A stretch of DNA of 64,000 nt from NCBI RefSeq assembly GCF_006345805.1, contig NC_043010.1:24552001-24616000 (forward strand), written 5' to 3'. Positions 38,490 to 51,723 of the stretch are shown here, piece after piece (the first letter of the stretch is position 1; every line of letters starts with the position of its first letter). This stretch comes from Octopus sinensis (lineage: Eukaryota). The notes below the pieces were generated by a model. It saw only the letters and a program-made list of their open reading frames with translations, did not search any database and was not told the DNA's origin. The position numbers and the translations under genes were made by a program.

Positions 38490-38682
38490 TTAATTTCAAT
38501 TATCCGCACCAACGCACGGTTGCAACGCCAGATGGTTGTACCTCCAACCGTGCTGTTTACTGCTGTGATTTTTGCTACTAAGGTATCGGTTAAACTTTTG
38601 ATTAATCTACTACAAGATTATTCATCTTTCTATTTCACATAATTTTATATATATATAATATATATACACACACAACATACAT

Positions 38683-38728
<46 letters not shown>

Positions 38729-38735
38729 AATATAT

Positions 38736-38805
<70 letters not shown>

Positions 38806-39404
38806 TGATACATTTTCTTTGAGTATTTAACATATATATTTCTGTGAGTGTTTATATATATACGTCTGCCTCTATGTACTTTTGTGCTCGCCTATGTACG
38901 TGTTTGCGTGCTTGTTTGAAGACACATGCATACACACACACATACGCACGCACACACACACAAACACACATAAGCGCGCGCCCACTTATACGCTCACTTA
39001 TGTAAGCGTACACGCGCGCATGTATGTAAACAATCGCTTAATTACGATTTAGCATTTTAAGATAATGCTTAGGGAGATAATGTTTAGTGCAATTGCATTT
39101 GGGAAGAACGTATCATAGACAGGGTGTGAGGGCACATTTCTGCACCTTCAAGTATTAAACACCATTTCTTAATTATTACAATATGTCTCTTTGTCCTTTA
39201 CAAACTAACTAACGTAGGGACATATCTAGCGGTCACTCGACCAGCTAGGCATGACATCTAAAACTTACTCAAATTACACCCTTTCTCTTTAAAAAAAAAT
39301 ATGCTGTGTGACTAAAAGACCTTGTATGCATGGTCAGTACCATCTTAAGGCAAGATCTCAGTGGACGGTAACCCAAGGGGCCTCACGAGCCTAGGGCCCT
39401 ATTT

Positions 39405-39705
39405 CTTTTTCTTTTCGCCCTTTGCAAGCCTAGCCAGGCTCATGGGCCCGGTTTGCCGGTTTCTGTGGCGTATGTGTTCCTCCCAGCTGGACGGGACGCC
39501 AGTCCATCACAGCGCTACTCAAGAAACAGGAAGAGAGAGTGAGAGAAAGTTGTGGCGAAAGAGTACACCCCCTGCCGGAGCCTCGAGGAGCTTTTTTTAG
39601 GTGTTTTCGCTCAATAAACACACACAACGCCCAGTCTGGGAGTCGAAGTCGCAAACCTCCGACCGCGAGTCCACTGCCCTAACCACTGGTCATTACGCCT
39701 CCACC
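39405..39705 (-). mobile_element. tRNA-derived SINE, family D
   Basis: Reverse complement of 52753-53030; head gtggaggcgtaatgaccagtggttagggcagtggactcgcgg. Confidence 0.8.
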
Positions 39706-39966
39706 TAGGACCCGATACTGATCTTTATATGTATTGGTTTGCTGCCAATAATCATGTATACATGGCCCCGTGATTGACTTGGTCGGGGGCCTACAATGCT
39801 GCTTAGACGGATCTGTATATGATTATGATTTGATCATATTTCGTTCTGGATATACTTCATTCATAACTGAGTAACAGTTAATTAACAACAGACAATGGAA
39901 CACTGAATGATTTGGTCCTTAATACGATATATCCGAAGGATAGTTACCACTGATGGAGGGCCTTCT

Positions 39967-40061
39967 ATTGCAGAGCTTCCGGATTCAAAATCCACCAATA
40001 TGTAACACTGGTCAAAATTGAAAGACACGAGATTTCCTTGTCGAATCCTCTTCAGTAAATT
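39967..40061 (-). ncRNA. Possible heavily decayed hammerhead
   Basis: Minus strand: CTGAAGA-GGATTC...GAATCC-GGAA-GC-TC; GGAA replaces GAAA; stem I partial. Confidence 0.35.
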
Positions 40062-40481
40062 AATCCCCGGAAAAAGACCATGGTGATGTGATCGTTGTCT
40101 TTACAAAGATCAGATAAGGTCTTGCCATAAAATGCTTGAAATGAAAAGAAAATTAGGGAACTGAAGCGAAGGACCCTTCTGAGTGACATCACTCTATCAC
40201 CATCGAAACTAACCTCCGAAGCCTTCTTGATAAAGAGAGTGGTTTTCGTGACACCCGGCTGTAGAAAACACAAAAATCTGTCTAAGAAGCAATGAACTCA
40301 ATGGAGTCAACAGTCATTCCACAACTACGAGTGGAGGATACAACTCTCTGTTAAAACATCTCTGTAGGAGAAGGGAAACTTTTGTGTAAAACCTGTGACT
40401 TCCTTTGTATCCAATGACGTACATTAGCAAAAGTTGGGACAAACGTTGGACAGTGAGACATATTGTAATAATTAGGGGTTA

Positions 40482-40702
40482 CTCTTTTACTTGCTTCAGT
40501 CATTTGACTGTGGCCATGCTGGAGCACCACCTTTAGTCGAGCAAATCGACCCCAGGACTTATTCTTTGTAAGCCTAGTACTTATTCTATCGGTCCATTTT
40601 GCCGAACCGTTAGTTACGGGGACGTAATCACACTAACATCGGTTGTCAAGCGATGTTGGGGGGACAAACACAGACACACAAACATATACATACATACATA
40701 CA

Positions 40703-40791
<89 letters not shown>

Positions 40792-40947
40792 GCTGGGATT
40801 CTTTCAGTTTCCGTCTACCAAATCCACTCACAAGACTTTGGTCGGCCCGAGGCTATAGTAGAAGACACTTACCCAAGGTGCCACGCAGTGGAACTGAACC
40901 CGGAACCATGTGGTTGGTAAGCAAGCTACTTACCACACAGCCACGCC
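40482..40947 (-). mobile_element. Full SINE family B with an expanded internal microsatellite
   Basis: Reverse complement of the 56035-56450 copy. Confidence 0.85.
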
Positions 40948-41181
40948 AGTGGTGTTTAATGCTTGAAGATGCTCAAATGTTAGCTGTGTTGACCTAATAA
41001 TAACCACACCCTGAATATGATATGTTTTTCCGAAGTACAACTGCACTAAACATTATCTCCAAAAGTATTATCTTAAAATGTTAAATTGTAAATAAGCAAT
41101 TGTTTACATACACGCGCACGCGTACGCAGACATAAGTGAGAGTACACATGCGAGTTTGAGTGTATGAGTGTATGTATGAGT

Positions 41182-41919
41182 GAGGTCGATTGAAAAGTTC
41201 ATAGGCAGGCTAAGGTATTGTCAATTAAGTTTATTTTTCAACGTGGTCGCCCTAGGAGTCAGTAATTTTTTTCGCCGGTGTTGCACTGCCTGGATCCCAT
41301 TAGGGAAGCTTTTAACCTGTTATTCCAAAAAAGTCATCAACAGCAAATATGAAGTCATCATCACTGTGATACCGGTTCCCAGCCAAATGCTTTTCCTTGT
41401 TGCGGGGGATGGACAGATGATAGACGGATGAGACGAAATCAGGAGAATAGGGTGGGTGATCAACTAGTTCAAAACCACAGTCAAACACAGCAAAGACGTG
41501 TGTTGGAACATTGATAGCCTTTCGTAACTACCTCAGCAAAACGGCGTAGTACTGTCGATTGAAGGTGTGGCCTTTTCAAGATGGTCAATAAATACGATGC
41601 CTTTTGCATCCCCAAAAACTTCAGGTCATCACATTCCTCGCAGATGAAATGACATTGACCTTCATTGGAGCAGGTGAGGAGGGGTGTTTCACCTGCATGG
41701 ATTATCTTTGTCTCTAGTTCAAAGTGATGACGCCAACACTCATCCTGGATTAGAAAAAGAAACCAGTTGGCTCTGCTTCAAACAATGTCAGATTTTCCCG
41801 TGATGTCATCAGCCTGGTGTGCTTTTGATCAGGTGTCAAAAGATGTGGCACCCACCAAGCAGAAGCCTTCTTTATGCCAAGTTCATTGTGCAGAATATTC
41901 TCAACTCTCTCACGGGAAT
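41182..41919 (-). mobile_element. Decayed mariner 3' half
   Basis: ILHNELGIKKASAWWVPHLLTPDQK; TIR-like gaggtcgattgaaaagttc at the left end. Confidence 0.8.
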
Positions 41920-42115
41920 GCCATACATACATACGCATACATATATACATATGGTGGAGGAGGAGAGAAAACCGTAAAAACGCAAAATATAACCCCGTCC
42001 TCCACCAGTTCTTCCATAGCTTCTATGTACTTGTTCTTTCGCATAAGAATTGGGCGTCTCAATCATCAACGTCATCGGCATGGGGGAATTACGCCATCAG
42101 AAGGAAACTGGAATA

Positions 42116-42370
42116 CAGTAATCCCTCTCCATATCGCGATTCACCTATCGCGGTTCACATATCGCGGTTTACCTATCGCGGTTTACCTACCGCGGTGTAT
42201 TATTAAACTTACGTTGATTCCTCTGTGGTGTTGTTTTGCATTTATGATAAAATAAATATATACAAATTATATATAAAAAAAACATACAGTACTGTTTCTT
42301 CTTCATGGTTTTTCACCTAACGCGGCGGGGAGGTTGGAACGTAACACCCGCGATAATCGAGGGGTTACTG
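42116..42370. mobile_element. Tc1/pogo(Tigger)-type MITE, 255 bp
   Basis: TA duplication; TIR cagtaatccctc..atatcgcg / cgcgataatcgaggggttactg; internal ~14 bp repeat (acctatcgcggttt) x4. Confidence 0.8.
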
Positions 42371-42735
42371 TATTTGGATTCAAGAAACAGCTGACAACTC
42401 GACTGATACGTAAGGTTAAGATAAACATTGACAAAAATATCAAGCAGTGATATATTTGGAGAATGCAGTCCTGGAATACAATCTAAGAATAAAATAAATT
42501 AAAGACGAGACAACAACAACAACAATGCTGACCTCGAAATGTTTCGGAAAAGATTTGAAATATCTTGTTAATGCGTAGCAAAGAGAATTCGTGAAATTTT
42601 CTTGAAGTAAACGAGAAAAGGGATTATAAGTGATCGGATGTGAAAATCGGAATATTTCGTTTAAGTGTTGATTTTTCCTACGGCTCCTGACAGACAGACA
42701 TACAGTCATACATACATACAGACAGACAGACAGAC

Positions 42736-42828
<93 letters not shown>

Positions 42829-42847
42829 CATTGATTGATTGATTGCT

Positions 42848-43535
<688 letters not shown>

Positions 43536-43705
43536 GAGCAAACAATCTATATATAACGTAAAGTATACTAGCCATCTCAATATGGCTAACCACTAAGGGT
43601 GGGTGTTACTGTAGCTTTTAGCCCCAGCTGGCTTTAGGCACACTTTCTGTGCCCTTATGATATTTGCAAAAGGAGGTCATCCCTCTCTCGCAAACCTAAG
43701 TGATA

Positions 43706-43750
43706 CGCACGGACTACAGTTTCGAGGTATTTGCCTCTTGTCAACGTACG
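43706..43750 (-). ncRNA. Compact type I hammerhead with two core transitions
   Basis: Minus strand: CGTACG-TTGACAA-GAGG-caaata-CCTC-GAAA-CTGTAG-TC-CGTGCG; core reads TTGACAA instead of CTGACGA; stems I and II intact; GUC site. Confidence 0.65.
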
Positions 43751-44023
43751 GTAATTACCGGTTTTCGATGAATAATTCTTTATTATGATTATAAAATCAG
43801 TACATAGAAGAACAATACAGGACATACATACAAAAAACAGTTAAGTGGTTCGTTTAAAAATTTCCAAAATATATGGATTATTCATTATACAAAAAACTGT
43901 ATTTAAATTGTCCTTTGCATTGACTAGTATAACATTACATTAGATTGAAATCTTACCGATATATTTTAAACCCCGGCAACCTATAAGGCCCCGCAGCTTT
44001 CCTTTCCTCTTCTACATCCATAG

Positions 44024-47000
44024 TTAAACTGGGTTTCTGACACCCACCTTTTTCGCCACTTCCTTCCATCTTTTTTCATACACACCTCGTGGTAAGGTCT
44101 TCTTTTCCAGCCCCATTTTGCTCTTCAGATGATATCGGAAGTAAGTGAGCAAGCCGGGGCCCGAGACAAAGGATCCTATTGCGACTCCTTCCATTCTTGT
44201 ACGCCACATGCATTCTTTTACTACTGCAACCGTGCAGTGAAAACATGCCTCACCTTCCTTCGAGAGTCCAGTTGGCGGTATCATCTTAATCATAGACTCA
44301 GCCGACAGCTGTACTCGTCCCAGATGCGATAACACGTGTTCTGCGTAACTTATCAAGTCTGACAACTGCCGACAGTGTACAAAAGCGTGCTGGACGGTTT
44401 CATCGTCCAACCCGCATCTTGGACATGTCGGTGGCACTGATATTCCGTGCCGCGATAACTTCTCGCGAACAGGTAAAGCATTCCTATAACACTGCCAGGC
44501 CAGGGATCTTTGGAAATTATCCAAATACCCCGTCCTGAAAGTCTTTTTAAACAGGTTGGTAAGCTGATCTTCGTCGAACCCCAGAGCCCCTCCTAGAACG
44601 TCGTCGTTCTTTGCCTCTACCAGCCTGCTATAAAATACCGAGGTGGTATTTCCGCAGCCGGCCTTGCCCGCCTTGTGGATCAGCGTGAGTGCCTGTCGAC
44701 ACTCCTTTTGCCATAAAGTCAGATTCCGTCTTTTGATGTAACCGGGTTTAAAATTCACCAAGGAAGCCGGTCTCAGGAAAAATTCCCCTGCCAGCGGACT
44801 CCACACCTTATCACCTTCCAGATGGTGCCAGAGATGCTTCAGCCTCAGCGCATGTCTGCGCATCATCAACCAAGGCATTCCTAACCCACCCTTTAACGGT
44901 TCCTGGCAGCAAACGGAGCGCCTCACAAGTGGCTTTCCCCCCTTCCACAAAAAGCGGAAAAGGATTCGCTCCAACTTGCTAAGCCATGAATCGGGGCAAG
45001 GGACAACGGTCAGGCGGTAAGTGATTACAGATGCAATAAACATCTGTACCACCTCCGCCCTTCCTTTCAAGGACAGAAACCTTCCGGACCAGGTCCGTAC
45101 TATGGCCTCCACCTTGCCCGTCACCTCACTCCAATTCCTCTCCGTTTGGGAGTCTGGCCCAAACCAAACTCCTAGCAACTTAACAGGACCATCTGTCCAG
45201 TGTCCCACGGCACTGGACGAAATCTACTTGCTCCTCCAGGTGCCGAGGCGCAAGCCAATCGACTTGTCCTTGTTAACTTTTGCTCCTGCCACCGCCTCGT
45301 ATCCTCTGATAGCATCTTCTACACAAGGTAGCTGAGCCTCATTGGACACGATGAGGGTGACGTCATCCGCATAAGCAGAAACCGTCCTCCTGCCTCCGAT
45401 CTCATCCGGGTTACTTCCCAGCCTCTCCAACTTTCGCAGCAATGGCTCGAGAGCCAACACGTACAAAAGTGGTGACAAGGGGCACCCTTGACGAACTGAA
45501 CATTCGATCGAAAACGGTTCCGTTAGGTAACCGTTTATCTGGACGGTGGACTTGATGCGGCTATACATTGCGGAGATCCACCCGCGAAATTCATGGCCCA
45601 GTCCAGCCGCTTCGAGGACCGTCGCCAGGTACTTATGGTCTACCCTATCGAACGCTTTACTTTGGTCTAAATGGACCATTACCCCGCCCTTGCCGGTTAA
45701 TTTACCCACCCTATCTAAGGTGTAGCGTATAAAGTGAAGATTGTCCTGGATCGACCTGTCTGGAATTGCACATGTCTGTGCTTTCCCTACAAGTTTCTCC
45801 ACGACAGTCGTCAACCTTTTTGCCAACACCTTGGCCAAAATCTTTAACTCTACATTAAGTAGACTTATGGGCCTGTAATTACTAATGTTATCCCCCTTGC
45901 TCGGGTCTTTCTGGATTAGCGTCACCACTCCCCGGCTTACAGAACTGGGAATTCTCCCGTTCTGCTGCCAGTTCGCGTAGACGCCTACCAGTATTCCCCC
46001 GAACAAGTCCGGCATACTTTGATAAAACTCGTAGGGCAGACCATCCAGCCCCGGCGACTTCTCCCCGGCGCATCCGGCCAGTACCCCCTCTATCTCCGCG
46101 GGAGTGATCGCTCCTTCACAGCACTCCACCTCACGCCCCGAGAGCCGCGGTCCGCCGGCTAGGAAGTCCTTTAAGGCCCTCCCCCGCTCCAGCGAACCAC
46201 CACTCCCGAACGCGCGGGCGAAATGCTGGTGAAGAAACTTTTGCATATCCCTGTTCGTCAGTTAAAGACTTGATTGAAGCTTTGTTGCCTCTCTGACTCT
46301 CCACTCGACGGGCCCATCCAGCAACGTTAATACCTTCTCGTTTCCCTGCGCGTAGCTTAGCTCTAACTCTGCAACCTTCGTGTTTGGAGTTAAGGTGATG
46401 GTACAATACCGTCCATGCTGCCATCACTCCGGATGCAGAGCCAGATTCCATTGCCTCGTTTAGATTCTTAACTAAATCGTCCTCTATCCTAGACCTATCT
46501 AACCTTAGCTGATTGCTAAATCTAATGGACTCTGAACGAATGGCTCTTTTGAGGGAGTGCTACCATCTATTGTTAATGATGGTGCCACATAATGCCCTCT
46601 GTACTAACACCTTAATCCGAGTACGGAAGTCTTAACAATTCAAAATAGACTTGTTCAGCTTCCAGTACCCGGGTCCCTATCTATGACATTTATCTAATTG
46701 CACCCTACAAGTCACAAATTTGTGATCCGTGTAAGGCACAATGTGAAACTGTGGACAACTAAACGTATCCTTATCTCTTTTCCTAACGAATATCCTATCT
46801 ATATACGATCTGCGTGAGCTGTCGTTGTTACACCACGTCCACTGTGGAACGCTCGGCTCATCCAGTTGATAACGGTCTACTAGATTAAAGCTCTCTAGTA
46901 GACCCTTGAGGCTAGGGTTCCCCTTCCTATTGGTTGAGCCAACACTGTCGACCTGCGCTTCGAGGACAGTGTTAAAGTCCCCTACTAAGACTACCGTTTT

Positions 47001-47390
47001 CGACGTCACTAAAAAGTGCTCCAGATTCCGAAAAAAACCCGACTGCCTATTCTCATTCGGAGCGTAGACAGCTACCAACCTGAGGGACTGTTTACTTACG
47101 TGGGTCACATCCAGAATGACCAGCCTGCCTTCTGGGTCCAGAAAGACAGTACTTACCTGCAAGTCCAAGCTCTTCCTGATAAAGACTGCCACGCCCCTTC
47201 CTCCTCCTCGGCTAGGAGAAATAAATTTCTCGAAACCATTAAGAAGAGGCGAGAACGCTTGGGCCCCGTTCATCTTGGACTCGATTACAATAGCTACGTC
47301 CACTCCGTGTGTCGTGAGGTCGTTCAGGAGACAAATTTGTTTCGATTTCGACCCCATTCCACGCACATTCACACAACCCAGCTTTGCCAT
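44024..47390 (-). pseudogene. Tx1 ORF2 (AP endonuclease, RT, C-terminal CCHC) with stops and frameshifts
   Basis: NVRG, VYAPN, GDFN, YIDRIF, TDHK; KSPGLDGLP, NYRPISLLN, DQSKAFDRVDH, VRQGCPLSP, YADD; CPRCGLDDETVQHAFVHC; in-frame TAG just before GPGYWK (~46677). Confidence 0.93.
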
Positions 47391-47466
47391 TGTCGGAGAG
47401 AGAGAGAAAAAAATAAACTTACGGTTGGGACAGGGAGCATGACAGTTTAAATCTGCATGCTTCCCC

Positions 47467-48856
47467 TTATTCCTCCCTTGTGGTCGTAGCTGCAGGGCTC
47501 TTAACCGGCGTTGCCATCGGGCTCTGGGTAGGTGTGGTTGCCGGGGTTATAGTAAGTTTACCCTCCAGTATTTCGTTAGTAACGTCTCTGATAAGGTTAT
47601 TTTTAAAATGTTCTTGGAGTGTTTTTTCCTTCCACTCGTCTTCCTTTATTTTTGCAAAACGAGTGGTCGACTTAGTGTCTGCAGACTTACTGAATAATTT
47701 CAGTTTTGAAAATTTAAAATACTTGAACACTCTATCATTTTTCTCGTCGAATGCCACAACCCTTTCATTTTTTTTAATCAATTTTTTCCAATCTTGTTTT
47801 ATGGGGAGGGGCTTGGCGAACTGTGTTCCAATGAATACAGTGCCGTGGGGGTAGGGCTGCGGAATTTGTTTTGTATGTATCTCTGCGGTGTTTGCTGATT
47901 TTTTCTTTGTTTGGGGAGGGGAGTCCAGGGTATTTTCTTTTTTTCTTTTGTGTGTCACCTGTGTAAATTCCATTTGTTCATTTTTATCTTCCGTTTCGAT
48001 TCCCTTCCTTGTCGCAGGATTGGGGTCTTTTTCCGCCTTTTCTTTTTCTGTGTTTGAAGCACTTTGAGGAGGGGCTTCGCTGTTTTTCTTTTTTTTTAAT
48101 GCAGTTCGAGCGGACGTGACCCTTTTCACCACATTTGAAACACCTAGGTCTGCGCCCCTCCACTGACACTCTCATTGTAATTCCCTCCTCAATAAATACC
48201 CCATCGGGTAAGTTTTCTAGCACATTATTTTCTGCTTGAACGAGGAGTTCGAGCGCTTGTCCCTTCCAGTTTACCTCCTCTTTCCTTTTCATCTGCAGAA
48301 TTGAGACTTTCTGCTCTACGTCGTGCAGAACCTCCGCTGCTACCCACATTATATCATATCCTCTTGGAATGTCTTCCACATATAGTTTCGCAGTTCTTTT
48401 TCCCATATATGTAGGTAATAACATGATGTCATCACTTTTTAAGGTCATCGATGAAATCTCTCTTGCCACATCAGCCGAGTCGAAATGTGCTTCAACGGTA
48501 GCGCTGCGGGCACCTCGACCGACGTAGCGAATTTTGCTCCACACCGGGGACAAGCACTTCTCTACTATTTCGTTGTTCACGTCCATTATTTTTTTCTCTT
48601 TGTTACTGTAAACCTTGTATACGACTGCCTTAGCCTTTATTTCCTGTAATATCGCTTGCGGCGGTACCAGTTTAATTTCGTTGCCTTCCTTTTTTACCAA
48701 GTTCCGGTATTCGAAGAACTGTTCTATTTTAAATTCTATTTCCGTTATGGTTCCGCCCACTGCGGCTGAAAAAGACTGTTTTTTAACCTCGATATCCTTC
48801 TGTTCGCCTTTTCCCATCACGGGAAAGTCGCTCCTCGACGCCAAGTCGAACTCCAT
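47467..48856 (-). pseudogene. Tx1 ORF1 (nucleic-acid-binding, CCHC knuckle), split by a frameshift in an A9 run near 48090
   Basis: ORFs 47984-48856 (CFKCGEKGHVRSNC) and 47467-48132 overlap at the attaaaaaaaaagaaaaac run. Confidence 0.85.
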
Positions 48857-49298
48857 TTCTCAAATTATGAGAACCAATTTTTCAATAAAAAAAAATTACC
48901 CCGAAGGTAATAACAATGTTTATACACAGAATTTTCAGCCCCGTAGGGCGAAAATTACTGTCATACAACGGACAACTGTTCAATTCACGAGCAAACACAA
49001 ACAACGACGAACAAAAAACGAACTCACTCAACAAAATAGGCAGCTAACTTCTCAAAACGCAGATGAAAGAGGGGTCCCTAGACGAGTCAAAACACCGGTT
49101 TTCGATGAAGAGAGACCTGTTTGCAAATATCTATTTAATGTTTTCCCAGTAACCACTGTCACTGATTTCGAAAAACTGTCTGCAAGCAATAATAAATCTC
49201 TGATAATAAATCTATATATATATACTATATAAATTAGCAAAAAACCACCCTTTATCAATTCAAGTTTGTTCAATGTAAGTTTGGAATAATATTATTAC

Positions 49299-49343
<45 letters not shown>

Positions 49344-49418
49344 ATATATATATTGGTATTGATATTATTATTGAAAAATAGGTTTACAGAAAAAGAACAT
49401 GGGATATATACATACATA

Positions 49419-49537
<119 letters not shown>

Positions 49538-49539
49538 CT

Positions 49540-49655
49540 CACGTGATCACGTGACCGACCAGACCATCAGATATTGTTACACATCGCTGGTCACAATGCG
49601 TTCGCATTGTTTTAGCCTTCGAATGACGCCACCCTGCTGGCTAAGCGAGCAGGGC
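49540..49655. repeat. Short interspersed repeat of unknown class between TA/TG tracts
   Basis: Begins with the palindrome tcacgtgatcacgtga; recalled as a common octopus repeat, not verified. Confidence 0.4.
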
Positions 49656-50092
49656 AATATATATATATATTGTGTGTGTTTGTATATATATATATATATA
49701 TACATAATATACATATATGTTTACACACACACACTCTATACCAGACTTGAATATATAATTTGAAGGTTACTCACAAAGAAGGGAGTTAAAAATAACAAAA
49801 TTGGAACCTTTTTTTTTGTTGTTGCTCCTGCGTTTTTGCTTTTTATTTTATTACTTTTTTTTCTAGTTGGCCTTTACACTAAGCACACAGCAGCGGGGAA
49901 GAGTTCTAAATGCTTTATCCATGACACACGGTTAATTGGTCGAAGGGTGGAGGCTGATACTGTGCTACAGAATGATGCGAAGAAATAAAGTCTGGAGAAA
50001 GAATAAATAGTCAAACGGACTTTGTCGTTTCTAAATGTTACAACTATAAGTAACTATTCACTATGAAGTATACTTTACATGTGTGTGTGCAT

Positions 50093-50187
<95 letters not shown>

Positions 50188-50197
50188 CATATATATA

Positions 50198-50247
<50 letters not shown>

Positions 50248-50307
50248 TATATATATGCAACAACATTTTGTAAACTTCGGAAGCGTCGAATGTGTTCCGT
50301 ATTTTAA

Positions 50308-50537
50308 AGACAAGAAGGTTATATTTCGAATGTAGTATAGCTGTGAAAACTTGACGAAGACTGTTGTCAGTGGGCCGTTTAAATTACTGGTGAAGTACTC
50401 AGCTGGGATATGAGGGGTGCGGGTTCGAATCCCGCGACTATCAGCTGACACCATTTTTCCGTCTTATTAGGGTAAATTATCTCATTTTTCTACTGTTTCC
50501 ACGGCTATACTACGTTCGAAATATTACTTTCTTGTCT
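50308..50537. mobile_element. MITE-like element (~43 bp imperfect TIRs) enclosing a tRNA-like T arm
   Basis: agacaagaaggttatatttcgaatgtagtatagctgtgaaaac / gtttccacggctatactacgttcgaaatattactttcttgtct; internal GCGGG-TTCGAAT-CCCGC. Confidence 0.6.
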
Positions 50538-50574
50538 AGAATATATAAATATATATATATATATATTCGCCATG

Positions 50575-50790
50575 CTGGACCGCCGAAGTCTACAAGTTTA
50601 CTTTTTTTGCATTCTCTCTCTGTTTATTTTCTCTTATTGCTTTCTGTTGAAGAGCGTAGGCTTGAAACGTAAAGGACTTTTTCATTTTCCCGAGCGTCAA
50701 ACTAATACACTTGCTTGTTGTTTACACACCTGTCTTCGTCTTTTGTTTTTCTGTAAATTTCAATTATATCTATTGTACGTATGCTTTAAT
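50575..50790 (+). mobile_element. Solo Penelope pLTR-like fragment with a minimal hammerhead variant at 50640-50675
   Basis: CTTT-CTGTTGA-A-GAG-cgtagg-CTT-GAAA-CG-TA-AAGG; 3' region resembles the 23215-23260 pLTR tail. Confidence 0.6.
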
Positions 50791-51021
50791 TCTTTTTAAT
50801 CTAGATTAAACTTTGACCGGCCACCTTAGTTGGTAGTAAGGGAAAGCATTTGTTTTGTTTATCATCTTTTAAATCTTAAGAACATCTTTCAGATTATTAT
50901 AGTCCCAGATAGGTAGGTAAGTAGGTAGGTAGGTAGGTAGGTAGGTAGGTAGGTAGGTAGGTAGGTGGATACTGTGCAGATATTATGTTGGGCACTATAT
51001 TATATTATAAAGAATAGAAAG

Positions 51022-51230
51022 GCGGTGAGCTGACAGAATCGTTAACACACCGGGCCAAATGTTTACCGGCATTTTGTCCGTCTTTACGTTCTGAGTTCAA
51101 ATTCCGCCGAATTCGACTTCGCCTATCATCCTTTTGGAATCAAAAAAATAATTATCAATAAAGCGCTGGGGTCGATGTGATCGACTTATCCACTCCCTTA
51201 GAATTGCAGGCCTTGTGCCAAAGCTTGAAA
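51022..51230 (+). mobile_element. SINE family A
   Basis: ggcggtgagctgacagaatcgttaacacacc head and core. Confidence 0.8.
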
Positions 51231-51676
51231 CCAGCATTGTGGAAGAGAGAAAACAATATGAGGAGCTAAGAAACACACAGCTGCGCTCATCAGGGAAGTC
51301 GAAGTTTTCAATTAATATAACATTACTGTAATGTAATATGAATAATTATGCATAAATACTCACACACACACACATACACACACACATACACACATACACA
51401 CACACATACTGTACGCATGTATGCATGTATGTACGTACATAGGTAAGTATAATTGTGTAAATAAATGTCTGAGCATGTGCATGAATGAATGTTTGTGTGT
51501 TTGTGAGTGTGTGTGTAATAATCGTGACACAAAGATATTTCTAAACAGAATGGCCGAACGTTCAACGTCTGCTGTTAACCACCCTTCTACACGCACTTAT
51601 ACATGTACACACACGCATTCATACTTATACATATACGCACATACATACACACATATACTCACACATATGTACACAC

Positions 51677-51723
<47 letters not shown>

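Larger units (their letters stand above)
43773..49093 (-). mobile_element. Full-length Tx1-type (L1 clade) non-LTR retrotransposon, 5321 bp
   Basis: ~237 nt 5' UTR, ORF1 with zinc knuckle, APE-RT-CCHC ORF2, AATAAA near the 3' end; exact 16 bp TSD accggttttcgatgaa at 43757-43772 and 49094-49109. Confidence 0.93.
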
